Shown: in pieces, positions 37,608-50,388 of the stretch
Numbering within the stretch: position 1 is the first letter of the stretch
Layout: every line of letters begins with the position of its first letter
Source of the DNA: Fistulifera solaris
Taxonomy: Eukaryota
Direction of reading: 5' to 3'
DNA length: 64,000 nt
Assembly (NCBI GenBank): GCA_030295235.1
Contig: AP026132.1
Location: forward strand, 992,001-1,056,000
The notes under the pieces: generated by a model
What the model was told of the DNA's origin: nothing
The model's input: only the letters and a program-made list of their open reading frames with translations
The model's database searches: none
Program-made: the position numbers and the translations under genes

Positions 37608-40459
37608 ATGAGAGATTACAATAAAATTCAATTTCGAAGCCCATCCAGTCGCATACCGACTGGAGGCAAAGCTGTCACCAGCACCACCACTGCCACTCCG
37701 AGCCCGAGTAAAATCCCTGCTTTCCGGAGTAGCGTGTCAGCGGAGAAGAAACGACTCATCAGCAAGCCTGCGGAACAGGAAAGTCCCAAAAATGAAAACG
37801 AACCGCCCCGAGAACCTTCGAACGGATTCTATCGGAGCGTGGGCTCGGCGCATTCGAATACAGGGTCCACCAGCACCGTGACAACGGCGGCTACAACCAC
37901 AGCCAGTCCGGGTACGCGTTCTCCATCGCCGCCGCCAGACAATGGTTACTTGAGCTCCTATTTGCCGGACACAATTCACGAAGAACGGGACATGAACGAC
38001 TCGGCTAGTAACAGGGAGGTCGAGTCGAAAGGTTCTTCATCGACGAAAACACTGGCCAGCCATCGAGAATCACCAGAGGTCACTATCTCTCGCTTAAGGA
38101 AAACCATCGAGGAACTTTCCGAAAAAGAAAACGCGTCAAAGGAAGCTCTCGCCAAGTCGGATGCAGTCATTTTGGAGCTGCGAAGCAGTGTTCGTCAATT
38201 GAAGCGACAGGTGGAAAAAACAAATGGCGACGCGATGTCGCAAGGATCCGATTTAGGACACCAGCGAGGCATGCTGGCTGATTTTCAAGTGGAATTGGAT
38301 AAGGCGCACGCCCAACTGTTGACTGCGGATATGGTCCGCAAGGAACTGGAAGACACGTTGGAAGCGGAGCAGTATACGTGGGAACTACGAGTACAGGACC
38401 AAGAGCGAACCATTCAACAATTGCAACAAGAATGTTCCGTACTTATGGAAGACCTGGAGCAGACTCGAGCACAATGGAAAGAAGCCGAAGAGGGCTGGTC
38501 AAAAGAAGTGCAGGAGCTTCAAAGCAGGCTAGAAAATATGCAGCGGGAACTTGCTTCCAGGCAACCAAGCGCACGAATCACTACAGCAGCTCATGAAACT
38601 GAAATAGCAAAACTCAATGATAGAATCGCAATGATGGAGGCCGAAAGAAACGATCTGCAGGGGTGTTTAGACGAAGCTTTAAAAGAACTGGAGGCAGTAG
38701 ATGCTGAGTTACAGGGTGAAGGAGGAGTTTCGCAGCTGCGTCACGAAAACGATATGTTGCAGGAAGAGCTGCGGAAAGTCATGGAAGGACAGATTGGCCC
38801 TATTGTCGAGCCACTACAGCACATGTATAGGTGGCTCCTCGAGCGCAACGAAGTTGAACAGGGGACTCATCACAGCAATCCGAATGATGCACGGCAACTC
38901 GTAGAAGCCATCCAGACTCATCTAGAGCAGCATTACTCATCGAATACCGGCCGAAATGGACAGGATCTGAATGAGACGAAGAAACAGGTCGCGGCCTTGG
39001 AATCTGAGCTGTCTGTTTATCGCGGAGACTTGAAAGCTCGAGAAGAAAGTAGTGCTGAACTTAGAGCTAGTTTGAAGGAAGCCGTTTCTCTTCTCAAACC
39101 TTTGCAGGACGCCGTGGCGAAGGCGGAGCAAGAGAAGGCGAAGATGCAGGAAAAAGTAGATCTTTTCAAAGACGATTCGCAACAAAGCAAAGATCAAGCC
39201 GTTAAGCTTAAAGTGCTTCTTAACGAAAAAGAAGATGAAATCACTAGGCTGCAGGAACAGCTAGAGTCACTTGAACTACAGCTCTCTCGAACCAAAGTCG
39301 CAGTTGCCTCGCAGTTCGCTTCACCGCGTAATGCTTTTGAGACTTCTCCAAAGAATTCTCAAGGTCGGTCTCGCGAAGAACTCCGAGCGAAGCGAGAGGA
39401 ACTTTGAAAGACACCAAAAGTCGTTTTTCTAGTTTACAAAAGCGTCAAGTAGAAAGTGGTTTGCAGTTGATGTCCTCAGGGTCGAAAAATGAGGAATTGC
39501 AGGATGAGCTACAATCGAAGAAGGCCCAAATTGTTGAGCTAGACAGCGAATGCAAAACTTTACGGGAAGAGCTCGCGCGGAAAGACGAAAAAATAGTTAC
39601 TTTAGAGAAAGAATTGTCGCAAGCACTTGACGAGGCGCAAGCAGTAAATCAAGCCATTGAGCAAGCTGAAAAACATCGACACGATCTTCAAAACAAGCTT
39701 GCTGCGACACAAGAGCAGCTGCATGTCAAGAAGGAAGTTGAAAAGGCACTCAACAGAAGTCTCAAGGAAGCACTTAAGCTATTAAAACCTTTGCAGATGC
39801 ATCTTGAAGAAGCCGAAGCGGAAAAACGTGAGTTGGCCAAAGAGATGCGCCTAATGCGGCAACGATTCGGTGATGTGGGCTCTCTCAGATCGCCTGGATC
39901 ATCTAGCGCTTCGAACGCGTTTCAGGACTCTGGAAAAGTACGAGAACTACAGGAAACAGTGAAGTTCCTTGAGCTGGAAAATTCACAACTACATAACGCT
40001 CTGGAAGACATGTCCCAAATGAATGGGTCTCAGGTCAGCGGTGTGTCCGGTGCTCACCGTGGTGTCAATCTAGCTAGTCAGCAGAAGAGAGACCAAAGGC
40101 TACACGAACAATTGGTGGAAATGAAAAGCCGCTACGATGTCACGAAAGACCAGCTTGACAACGCCATGGCCGAGAATCAGGCTTTGATCGAGACCTTAAA
40201 GAAACGGGATAGAGGAGAACATGCTTTGAAGGAGGAAATTCAACAATTGCGAGATCAACTAAGAAAGACTGGATATGAGTTGGAAAATGCGAAGTTTATA
40301 GCGTCGTCGGCACTCGTGAAAGTTGACGAATTAACGAAAGGCAGTTCCGTGCAAACCAATCGCGATTATCTACTAAAGATGAAAGCAAGGGAAGTTGAAA
40401 TGGAGATGTCGAAAGCACATAAACAGCGGTTTTCATCGCATTACAGCGGTTCAGTTTGA
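37608..40459 (+). CDS. Long coiled-coil protein; frameshift near 39400
   Basis: E/Q/K/L-rich heptads. The internal motif SLKEA..LLKPLQ occurs twice. Confidence 0.75.
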
Positions 40460-40590
40460 AAGTGTTCTCATTTTGAAGACGGGTATGAAATGGCTGTTTT
40501 CTCGGTTGGGATTTACTTGTATCTATGGAGTGTTAATTAATTAATCATGCGCAATTTAAAGCACGAGGAGGCCAGCTCAGTAGTTAGCTA

Positions 40591-43242
40591 TTATAGCTCT
40601 TCGTCGTCCATGGTCAGTAAATTCGAGATACCGCCAACAAGAAGCTGGGAGCTAAGATCATCCAGCAGCGAAGACGAGGACACATCAGCATCGTTCTCAA
40701 AGATCGCATCACTGCTGGATGCACTTTCAGCCAGAGCAGTAACTTTAATTGGTACATTCCTCAATCGTGCCGCTTTTATCTTTGAAGCCCATGCATCTGA
40801 TGAATTTTGTGATGGCTCCATAATATTTGAATTGAACATGGCCGCCGCTCTCTGATGAAGTTTAGCAAGTCCTTGAACATTGCAGACTCGTGCTTCAAGT
40901 TCAGCCAATGAGTGATAAAGAGGGGCATGGGTTGGATCCATTTCTAAACCTTTCTCAAGAATCTCGCGCGCTTCATTAATCTTCCCCTCGCCAAGAAGGC
41001 CTTCACCGAGAGCGCGGTATAGGGACGGGTTAGAAGGCGAACACTCTACGCCTCTTCTCAACAGAAGCATAGAAAGCCCGCGGTTTCCCAATCTTTGCTC
41101 AATCTCCGACGCAATCAACCATCCTGCTCCGTTGTGCTTGTCCAGCGTGAGAGCTTTCGTTATCAATACTTTGGCGTCCTCTGAATTTCCTTCTCGTAAT
41201 TCAAGACTAGCCCAGCCTTGATACAAAGATGATGAATTAGGAGATTGGTTGATCCCTTTCTCAAAAAGTGCCCTTGCTTCTGTCACGTTTCCAAGACGAC
41301 TTTCCATTACAGCATAAGCTTGCCATAATGGCCCGTGTCGAGGCACATTTTTGATCCCACATTGAAAAAGTGTCTTTGCAGCTTTCCAATTTCCGGTCTT
41401 CATCTCCAAAACACCCCATGCCTGCCATGCATGAGCGTGTCTTCGATCGTTGATGACGGACTTTTCAAAAGAATCCTCGCTTTGTCTACATTTCCAAGCC
41501 TCACTTCACATAATGCAGCACCCAAGAGAAGCTGGGAGGAATTTCCATACTGCGTGACACCATCACTGAAAACTTCCAACGCCGATACAATTCTGTTGGA
41601 GTTCAACTCAAGCATTCCCAATGTGTGCATAAGAAAAAGCGCCCTTTCACGATGAGGTGAATCTTTTCCGATTTCCTGTCTTTTCGCTGCATTTCTCCCT
41701 TCTATCAGCAATTTACGAGCGGAATCAATGTTGCCCAGAGCAAGCTCAAGCTTTGCAAAACCGTGATACAATGACGCGGCATCGGGGCATTTGGCTCGAA
41801 CTCCTCTCTCGAAAATGGAACGGGCTTGTCGTTCGTCGTCCTCTTGCTCGAATACACAACGAGCATACGCGTTATAGGCAGGAGCGTGTCTGGGGTCTAT
41901 AAGGAGAGCTTCTTCGAACAACTGTTTAACAAGAGCAAAATTTGTCTTCTTGGTTGTCGGATGATGGAGCTCTAACAATGCAATGGCCACAAGACATGGC
42001 GCTGACGGCTGAATGCATAGACTAGAGCGATATAGCGTTCGCGCCCCAGTGTAGTTACCCATTCGCTCTTCAACCTTTCCTGCTGCCTGAAGTAATGAAT
42101 AGTCTTTCGGATGAAGTTCCAATCCACGATTCAATATTTGTCTCGCTGATTTTTAAACGACGAGCCTTTACTTCTATACTCGCCAAGGCATTGAAAACAC
42201 GCCCATCCGCAGCACTATCTTGAATATTCATTTCACACGCTTGCTCTAGTTTCCGTCTCTCAGCGTTTTTGCGAATGCCTCCTTCGCTCGTATACGGTGT
42301 TACTCTTTCGTTTTTGCGCCGACCCTCAAAACGAGCCATAGCGACCTGAACTAGACTTGCACTTGTAGTTGCGTTTCGCAACGACTCTGTCAGCAATTGC
42401 CGAGCGCCGTTTATGTTCGAAAAGTATCGTTCTTCCAGCCAGGCGGACGCCAAGGCCACTTCGGTCCTTTCTCGATCTGATGGTATTTTGTTGAGATGTT
42501 CTGCGTATAATTTCCGAGCTTTCCCATACTCTTCTTGAGCAATGTACGCCGTCCCGAGTGAGCAAACCAAAGCAGCTGTGCTTTTCTTTTCAAGTGCGTG
42601 CTGCCATAGATTGACAGCGGCAGTGACATTATTTTTTTCGAGTAGTAATCCGTACGCGTGGCACACATAAGGATTATACGGATCAAGCTCCAACGCCCTC
42701 CCGAAAAGTTCTTTCGCGCGATCCGTACGACCAACATTCTGTTCGTAGACAGCCCAAGCTTGCCATAAGTGCACTGAGTTGGGACAGGCAGATGTTCCGT
42801 TATGAAACGCAATTGTTGCGCTGGTGGAGTTCGGAAAGCGGCGCGCCTGTAAGCGAGCCAGGGCAAGATAGCTATGCGAATCTCTTGGATCTAAGACAAG
42901 AATGTCATTCAAAGTTTGTGCCGCTTTCCGCCACAATCCTTTCTTTTCTAAATATTGCGCTTTCTGAAACAAGGTTCGAACTTTTTGTCGAGTTGTTTTC
43001 GGTTTCTGTGTACGATACGAGCGCTGTCTCTTTGCTTTCTCGACATCAGCAGAGTTTGACGGTGCAATAGAAGCAGATGGACGTGTTATTGAGTGTAATC
43101 TTGAGCGATGAGAAAGACTTGAAATTGAGTCCTCATTCCTTAGAAAACATTGCCGTCGGTGATGAGAACCCGATGGTGATGATCCGAAGCCAGCAGCAAT
43201 TGCAATAAAAATACAGAAAAGAAGCGAGTTTAAAAGCGTCAT
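40591..43242 (-). CDS. Plastid HAT/TPR protein similar to psbB mRNA maturation factor Mbb1/HCF107; frameshifts near 42140, 41460 and 41407
   Basis: Signal peptide ending AAG-F. Repeats include LWQAWAVYEQNVG, LWQAYAVMESRLG and YQGWASLELREG. Confidence 0.8.
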
Positions 43243-43702
43243 TCTTGTTGTCTATTCTATGTACATGTGCTTGTTAAAAGGATTCCAGAAGACTTCAAGA
43301 AACAAGTAAATAGATGAAGAGCAACATCGTTATTGGTCCGATTTGTTTTTGATGGTGGAACGAAAATCGTCGCACGTCACAGCATGCGTCTGGCATGCTG
43401 ACAGCACAAATTGTGTTGTCATCCTACTGGCACTGAGATATCGCAGAATTAGATCACGTTTGTCCGTGATCTCCATGGTGCAAAAACACTTGAATGGGCA
43501 TGCGCGCGTGAACTATACTTAATTCGTACTTTCCTACAGTTTGAAAAACGTAAGCGCAAAACAGGCAACCAAAAACGCAAAGAAAGAATGAGACACAAAG
43601 AATACTCCGTAACACGTAAATTCTATAAGCGATGAAAGAAGTTCTGTCAATCCAGTTTTACCTCGAAACCCCTCGCTCACAATCCACGGAGCATGAGCAA
43701 AA

Positions 43703-46016
43703 ATGGACAACGAACAACTTGTAATGATAGACTTGGAGAAAGGAACTCCGTCGGATTCCGACCCGATAACCGAGGCGCATCCAGCCGACCAATCTGATAT
43801 TCCCATCAAAAGCGAGAATTGTGCTGCGAGTTTATCTTTAGCTGATGCACACCTTGTTACGAAAGACGGAAACATTGCTAGCGCCGAGACGACTTTTAAT
43901 CATCTGGGACAAAAGAGTGACCGCGCTGCCGTGCCCCGAGCTCTGTCACGACGATCTTCTCTGTGCTGGGGAATTTGTTTGTTGACGACATCCGTTGCAA
44001 TTCTTCTGAGTATCCTCGGAACCATCGCTCGTGAAGATTTTGCGACACCCATAGCCCATCCCGAGCTGAATGATGTCATCGATTACTTGCTATCTCACAA
44101 TATTTCGTCTCACAAGGACTTGACTTCTGAGAAGTCACCCCGTCACCTCGCTGCGCGATGGCTTGTCGAGACCGATCCAGCTGAGTTGCCTCTTCCTCTT
44201 CATTACGATTATCTGTACGTGACACGTTATGTAATGGCCTTGAACTACTTTGCTTTGAACGGAGACGACTGGACCGTGAAAGTAAATTTCATGACAGGAA
44301 AACATGTCTGTCACTGGAACGATGCGAAGCACGCCTATGGAAGCAAAGGCGTCGAAACCGGTGGGTTACTTTGTGGCGATAGCGGCATGCCGGAAGTCTT
44401 GGACCTAGGTAAGTTTTGTCGCGAAATGCATTTCTTTTGAAAACAAAGCGAACTCTGCTTGCGACGTCTACTGACTCGAAACCTCACAGAATACAACGGG
44501 TTGAGCGGCTTGATACCGACAGAGAACGGCTTGCTGACAACCCTCAAGGTCTTCGACATGGAAGTCAATGGTTACATACAAGGAACAATCCCATCCGAAC
44601 TGTGCAATTTAGTGAACCTAGAAAGTTTAACACTCCGAGGGAATGACATGGGTGGCAATCTTCCTTCCTGTTTTGGGAGTTTCGCAAGATTAAAAGATTT
44701 CAACATCGAGAGTAACAGTTTCAGCGGTCCCTTGCCGGAAAACGTGTGTGGAATGACGAGCATGGAGTACTTCGTAGCTCAAAGAAATCTTTTCAGCGGG
44801 GGCCTCCCATCTTGCATGGGGAAATGGACTAATCTAAAAGTTTTGGCACTTTCAGACAACTCGTTTAATGGGAGATTGCCGACTGAGCTAATAGCACTGC
44901 AACGCTTACAGGAGCTCACAATTGATGACAATCAATTCCATGGCGACCCGTTGCCCATTGTTAGTACGCTCACTGATCTGAAAATCCTCTACGCGTCCGA
45001 CAATAATTTCTCTGGGGTGCTCGATACTTATGTGTTCAAAGACCTCCAAGAACTGGAAATATTCGATATATCTCGCAACAACTTTACTTCGACGGAGCTT
45101 CCTTCACGTCTTCTGCAAATGCCAAAGCTAGAGGTCCTCGATCTGTCAATGAACTCTTTGCGAGGACCGCTGCCCGAGGATATGGAAGAAAACTTCGTGT
45201 TATGGTTCTTCTCGGCAAACAAAAATTTCTTGGATGGAGGCATTCCTAGCGCTCTTAAAAACCTTTCTTCACTTCGTCACTTGGATCTAAGCGAAAACCA
45301 GTTTCACGGTGTCTTAAGAAGCGAGTTATTTCAAATGACAAGTCTCGTGAATCTGTTCCTCTCCGAGAACCCATTTCTTCACCAAGGAAAAATTCCAGAC
45401 ACTATTAGTGGCATGAAGCAACTGAAAGAACTCTCGATGAAGAACACAAATCGAAATGGGACCTTGCCAGAGCTGGTCGATTTTACGAATTTGAACCTTC
45501 TCGACTTTGACAACAACGGTAAGGAAACATATCTCATTGTGTTGCTGTTGTACTGCACGGCCTCAAGTCAATGTCTTTTGTGACGAACTTCCACCAGGAT
45601 TTACCGGAACGATCCCTGAAAATTATGCAAATCTTCGGAATCTTGTCTACGTCATGCTCAATCGCAATCCCATCCAAGGTCTTGTACCAGACTTTGGCGA
45701 TGCGGAATTGCTGCATACGCTTCTCCTTGACGGAACCGGTGTTTCGGGAAACATTTCCAGCATTTGCAAGCTACCGGCCTTCATCGGAGACCCTGATGCT
45801 TCAGCTCGACCAATCGCTGTAGCCGAGTGCGGTGGTGAAAATAGTCGCATTTCATGCGCTTGTTGCCATTGCTGCGACACAGAAGCGACTCCTCGAATCG
45901 GTAGCTGCTCGGATCCCATCGTTGCTAGTCTGGACTGGACGTGGGAATACGGCTTCCAGAGAGATGCTCGTAACTTCGGCATCAATCGGAGTGCACTACA
46001 AGACCCAATCGTCTAG
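43703..46016 (+). CDS. Diatom-type membrane-anchored LRR protein; introns 44409-44489 and 45519-45597
   Basis: N-terminal TM, SPRHLAARWL / RYVMALNYFALNG cap, many LxxLxLxxNxxxGxxP repeats, C-terminal CACC motif. Confidence 0.88.
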
Positions 46017-46134
46017 GAAATCCAGAAGATGATAAAGTCAGCAAGAAGTAACTTTTTAAAAAAAACATTTGGTTCATCATTCCACACTTACAGATAACGA
46101 CGGCGCTACGAATTTTGCTATGTAGACTTCACCG

Positions 46135-47599
46135 TCATCGCTGATTCGCTGGTGATTGCTCCGCAAATCCCAATGCAACTAGCAAATAATCTTTCCAGTT
46201 CCACATTTCAACAGGTTTAGCATCTACCGGTTGGTCGGTGCTCAATCCCATCGACGCCTTCGGTTCGGTGAGAATTTGTAGAACATAGAACGGAAACTGA
46301 GAAGCCCCGCCGCGAATCGAGGAAGCCAGCTTCTCGACTTTCCGCTTTCGCGTCCACAAGAAATGCAAATACAAGCTTGTGCAAACAAGGCGTCGGGTGA
46401 GTTCCAAGAATGCTGGCTTGTTCGCCTGCGTTCCGAACGTGAAGGCGCCCAGTATCACGAGAGAGTCGGCGGCCATGAGCACTCCCACCACGAGTTCAAA
46501 CACTAAGCTGACTTTGGACGTGAGTCTCGCCAAAATACTTTGTCGTTGTGCGCCAGTCGCTTCTCTCCAGTTCTTGGGTGTCACCAAGATACTCATACCG
46601 GCATCCACAAACGCGTATCCGGCATTCAATAGCGAAGCACAAATCCCTGAGTTCGGGGACGAGCTGAGCGTCGAAAGCACGAGTATATCGGAAAGGACAA
46701 GGATAGTCGACACGAACTCTCGGAGAACGACCGGTCCAACAATGGAAACGATCAGCGCAATGTAGGACTGCCACCATTGCCGTACAACTTTTCCGTCGAC
46801 GGACGTCGAAAGCCGGGAAGGCAACCAAAGCTGCAGACACGCGGTATAGAAAAGATACTGCGAAACAGGATCTTTTACCAGATTTTCCAACCACGCCCTT
46901 GCCTGACGGAGGCCGACATCGGGAATAGCACGAGCTGTCATGAAGGTAGCCGCCAGGAGACCAGAAACGTGTTTGACCATGGCAAAGAGCATACAACGCT
47001 TGATCAACGAGAGTGATAAAACCGCTCTTCGTTCATTGGTTGCGGCAATGACTGCACCAATACCCGCCGAAGACGCTAATAAACTAAGCAGCGACTGTAA
47101 TGCATGTGCTCCGCCGTGACTTTTTTAGAAAGTAATGAGCCAAAATCGAGGTCGCTCCCGCTTCAATGCCGGCATTCTCCAGACTTTCCGCCGCTAGTGT
47201 CTTATCAAACGTAAAATCGGACGAACCCAACGCCCATCCGAGAGAATCCAAAGATCTTTCTACGTCATGGACTTCGGGATTGGCTTCGGAACCGAAACGC
47301 AATTGATGCGCTCGATTGCGAATAGCATTGCCCAAGGCATCCGCAGCATCCTCCTCTTTCAGCGACTGATTGATTCGAGCCTTGTCGTCTTCGGTATCAG
47401 TTTTGCTCTTTACTTTTTTCGTTTTAGTATTTTTCTTCTTCTTGGATACGTTTTTGGTAGATACGTCCGATGATTCCGTAGCTCCTCCGCGTCGGAACAA
47501 TGCGATCGCGGATGGCGCCGTAAAAGGATTCGCGGCCTCGATAGTAGCCAACATCGCGAGCCATAAAAGAGCCAGAATACTCTTTCCCTGGGTTTTCAT
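46135..47599 (-). CDS. Multi-pass membrane protein with a signal peptide; frameshift near 47125
   Basis: Signal peptide and RGG motif. The shifted frame joins HYFLKSHGGAHALQ to ORF 46135..47007, which has several TM segments. Confidence 0.65.
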
Positions 47600-48007
47600 G
47601 ATGAACAGATATTTCGATGATAGTCAAAGCAATAGGTATGGGAATGAAACAAGGAGACAATAGGCCGAAGACAAATAATAATGAATTAAGAGCGACGACG
47701 ACGACTCGATCCTTCTTGCAATAATCGCGATGAGAGGCGGGGCATTTTTGTCGTCACAAGTACAGTACTACGTAGTCACAAGTCAGCCAAATAATACCAC
47801 GTTTGACAACTGTACCAGCTTTTCTGGAAACCTGAAAATACACATGTCTGGCAACTGACAATAACCCAGACACGCAGACATTCGGTATGCCTCAAAGTAA
47901 GTAACTTTACGTACTACTGAGTACAACTGTTTTTCGCTATAAAAAAGTGTTAAAAAACTTCAGTAAAAATAAAAGTAAAAATTAAGAGTTTAGCGGCTTA
48001 TTTCCTT

Positions 48008-50295
48008 TCCTATGACAGAACCGTGACACAATCCATCCCTAGACTATGTCTTCAACAGTTTTGTCATTATACGTCATTATATTTACGTCGAAGAGCCTTG
48101 CGAAACGTTGTCTGCCTTATTTTACTATGGACCCAAAGTGTTGGTTTACGGAGACCACGACTGCACTTCAGTCATGAATCCATATTTTTTTTGAGCGACA
48201 TTGCTGCCTATAAATCGTTCGATCGCCCAGTTCCTTGAGCTTTAATCGTCATTGTTGCAATGAAACAGTCTTCAACACTTTTGTCATTATACGTCATTAT
48301 ATTTACGTCGAAGAGCCTTGCGAAAATGTTGTCTGCCTTATTTTACTATGGACCCAAAGTGTTGGTTTACGGAGACCACGACTGCACTTCAGTCATGAAT
48401 CCATATTTTTTAGCGACATTGCTGCCTATAAATCGTTCGATCGCCCAGTTCCTTGAGCTTTAATCGTCATTGTTGCAATGAAACAGTCTTCAACACTTTT
48501 GTCATTATACGTCATTATATTTACGCCGAAGAGCCTTGCGAATAGTGATTGGACTCGAGTCAATATTTTGACCCGGGTTAACCGAGTTGAACCAAGTTTG
48601 ACCCGGCTCGCTTTGATTTTTTCATGAACTCGGTTGAACCGAGTTGGCCTTGGAATGTACATTCAGTACGTTCGTCATGTCGCAGCGTCGTATACGTGAT
48701 GTCGCTGCGACACTGACTGTAGCGCTTATAGTATTAATGTATTCTCATGACGTAACCGAGCCATAACTCGACCCGACCCGGTTGGCAGAAAACCCGGCTC
48801 CGATTTGGTTGGTCCTCCCGAGTCGAGTCGAGTTCAATCACTACTTGCGAAACGTTGTCTGCCTTATTTTACTATGGACCAAAAGTGTTGGTCCTATGAC
48901 AGAACCGTGACACAATCCGTCCCTCTAAACGAACCTTGCCAAACGTTGTCTGCCTTAGTTTACTATGGACCCAAAGTGTTGGTTTACGGAGACCACGACT
49001 GCACTTCAGTCATGAATCCATATTTTTTTTGAGCGACATTGCTGCCAATAAATCGTTCGATCGCCCAGTTCCTTGAGCTTTAATCGTCATTGTTGCAATG
49101 AAACAGTCTTCAACACTTTTGTCATTATACGTCATTATATTTACGTCGAAGAGCCTTGCGAAAATGTTGTCTGCCTTATTTTACTATGGATCCAAAGTGT
49201 TGGTTTACGGAGACCACGACTGCACTTCAGTCATGAATCCATATTTTTTAGCGACATTGCTGCCTATAAATCGTTCGATCGCCCAGTTCCTTGAGCTTTA
49301 ATCGTCATTGTTGCAATGAAACAGTCTTCAACAGTTTTGTCATTATTTTTACGTCGAAGAGCCTTGCGAAAACGTTGTCTGCCTTATTTTACTATGGACC
49401 CAAAGTGTTGGTTTACGGAGACCACGACTGCACTTCAGTCATGAATCCATATTTTTTAGCGACATTGCTGCCTATAAATCGTCCGATCGCCAGTTCCTTG
49501 AGCTTTAATCGTCATTGTTGCAATGAAACAGTCTTCAACACTTTTGTCATTATACGTCATTATATTTACGTCGAAGAGCCTTGCGAAACGTTGTCTGCCT
49601 TATTTTACTATGGACCCAAAGTGTTGGTTTACGGAGACCACGACTGCACTTCAGTCATGAATCCATATTTTTTTGCGCGACATTGCTGCCTATAAATCGT
49701 TCGATCGCCAGTTCCTTGAGCTTTAATCGTCATTGTTGCAATGAAACAGTCTTCAACAATTTTGTCATTATACGTCATTATATTTACGTCGAAGAGCCTT
49801 GCGAAAATGTTGTCTGCCTTATTTTACTATGGATCCAAAGTGTTGGTTTACGGAGACCACGACTGCACTTCAGTCATGAATCCATATTTTTTTGCGCGAC
49901 ATTGCTGCCTATAAATCGTTCGATCGCCCAGTTCCTTGAGCTTTAATCGTCATTGTTGCAATGAAACAGTCTTCAACACTTTTGTCATTATACGCCATTA
50001 TATTTACGTCGAAGAGCCTTGCGAAACGTTGTCTGCCTTATTTTACTATCGACCCAAAGTGTTGGTTTACGCAGACCACGACTGCACTTCAGTCATGAAT
50101 CCATATTTTTTTGAGCGACATTGCTGCCTTTAAATCGTTCGTTCATCAAAACACTTGAGCACCATTTATTTGTCGTTGCAGCATTGAAATAGTCAAGCAT
50201 TATTTTTATTTCAGATCAGGATAGTTTAGACTACGTCGAAGAGCTGTGCGAAACGTTGTCTTCCGTACCAGGTACTGGTATTTACTATGGACCAT
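48008..50295. repeat. Tandem array 3: about 8-9 monomers of ~208-221 bp, interrupted by a MITE and a rearrangement
   Basis: Anchor GA(C/T)CCAAAGTG or a variant at 48130, 48351, 48877, 48968, 49189, 49397, 49613, 49832 and 50051; degenerate last unit to about 50293. Confidence 0.96.
48543..48843. mobile_element. Non-autonomous hAT-type MITE, 301 bp
   Basis: 19-bp TIRs TAGTGATTGGACTCGAGTC / GAGTCGAGTTCAATCACTA (2 mismatches). Perfect 8-bp TSD CTTGCGAA at 48535-48542 and 48844-48851. Subterminal ACCCGG/AACCGAG repeats. Confidence 0.92.
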
Positions 50296-50388
50296 AGGTT
50301 GTTCGGATTTCTCCAGCATCTAAGTCATGTTACAATTCCGTTGACAAGTAAGGTCTCTACTAGGGATTAGCGTGGCAGATTACCTGCT

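Noticed and set aside
48215..48230. B-box-like GTTCGATCG suggesting a tRNA or SINE
   Set aside because: No convincing A box, cloverleaf or poly(A) tail.
48023..50133. Repeated ORFs in array 3 (and similarly in array 2)
   Set aside because: Frames shift from unit to unit and the peptides look non-coding; they are by-products of the tandem repeat.
48008..50295. Hammerhead-ribozyme retrozyme satellite (monomer size fits)
   Set aside because: No CUGANGA...GAAA core found by eye on either strand of any of the three monomers. Other ribozyme classes are not excluded without Infernal.
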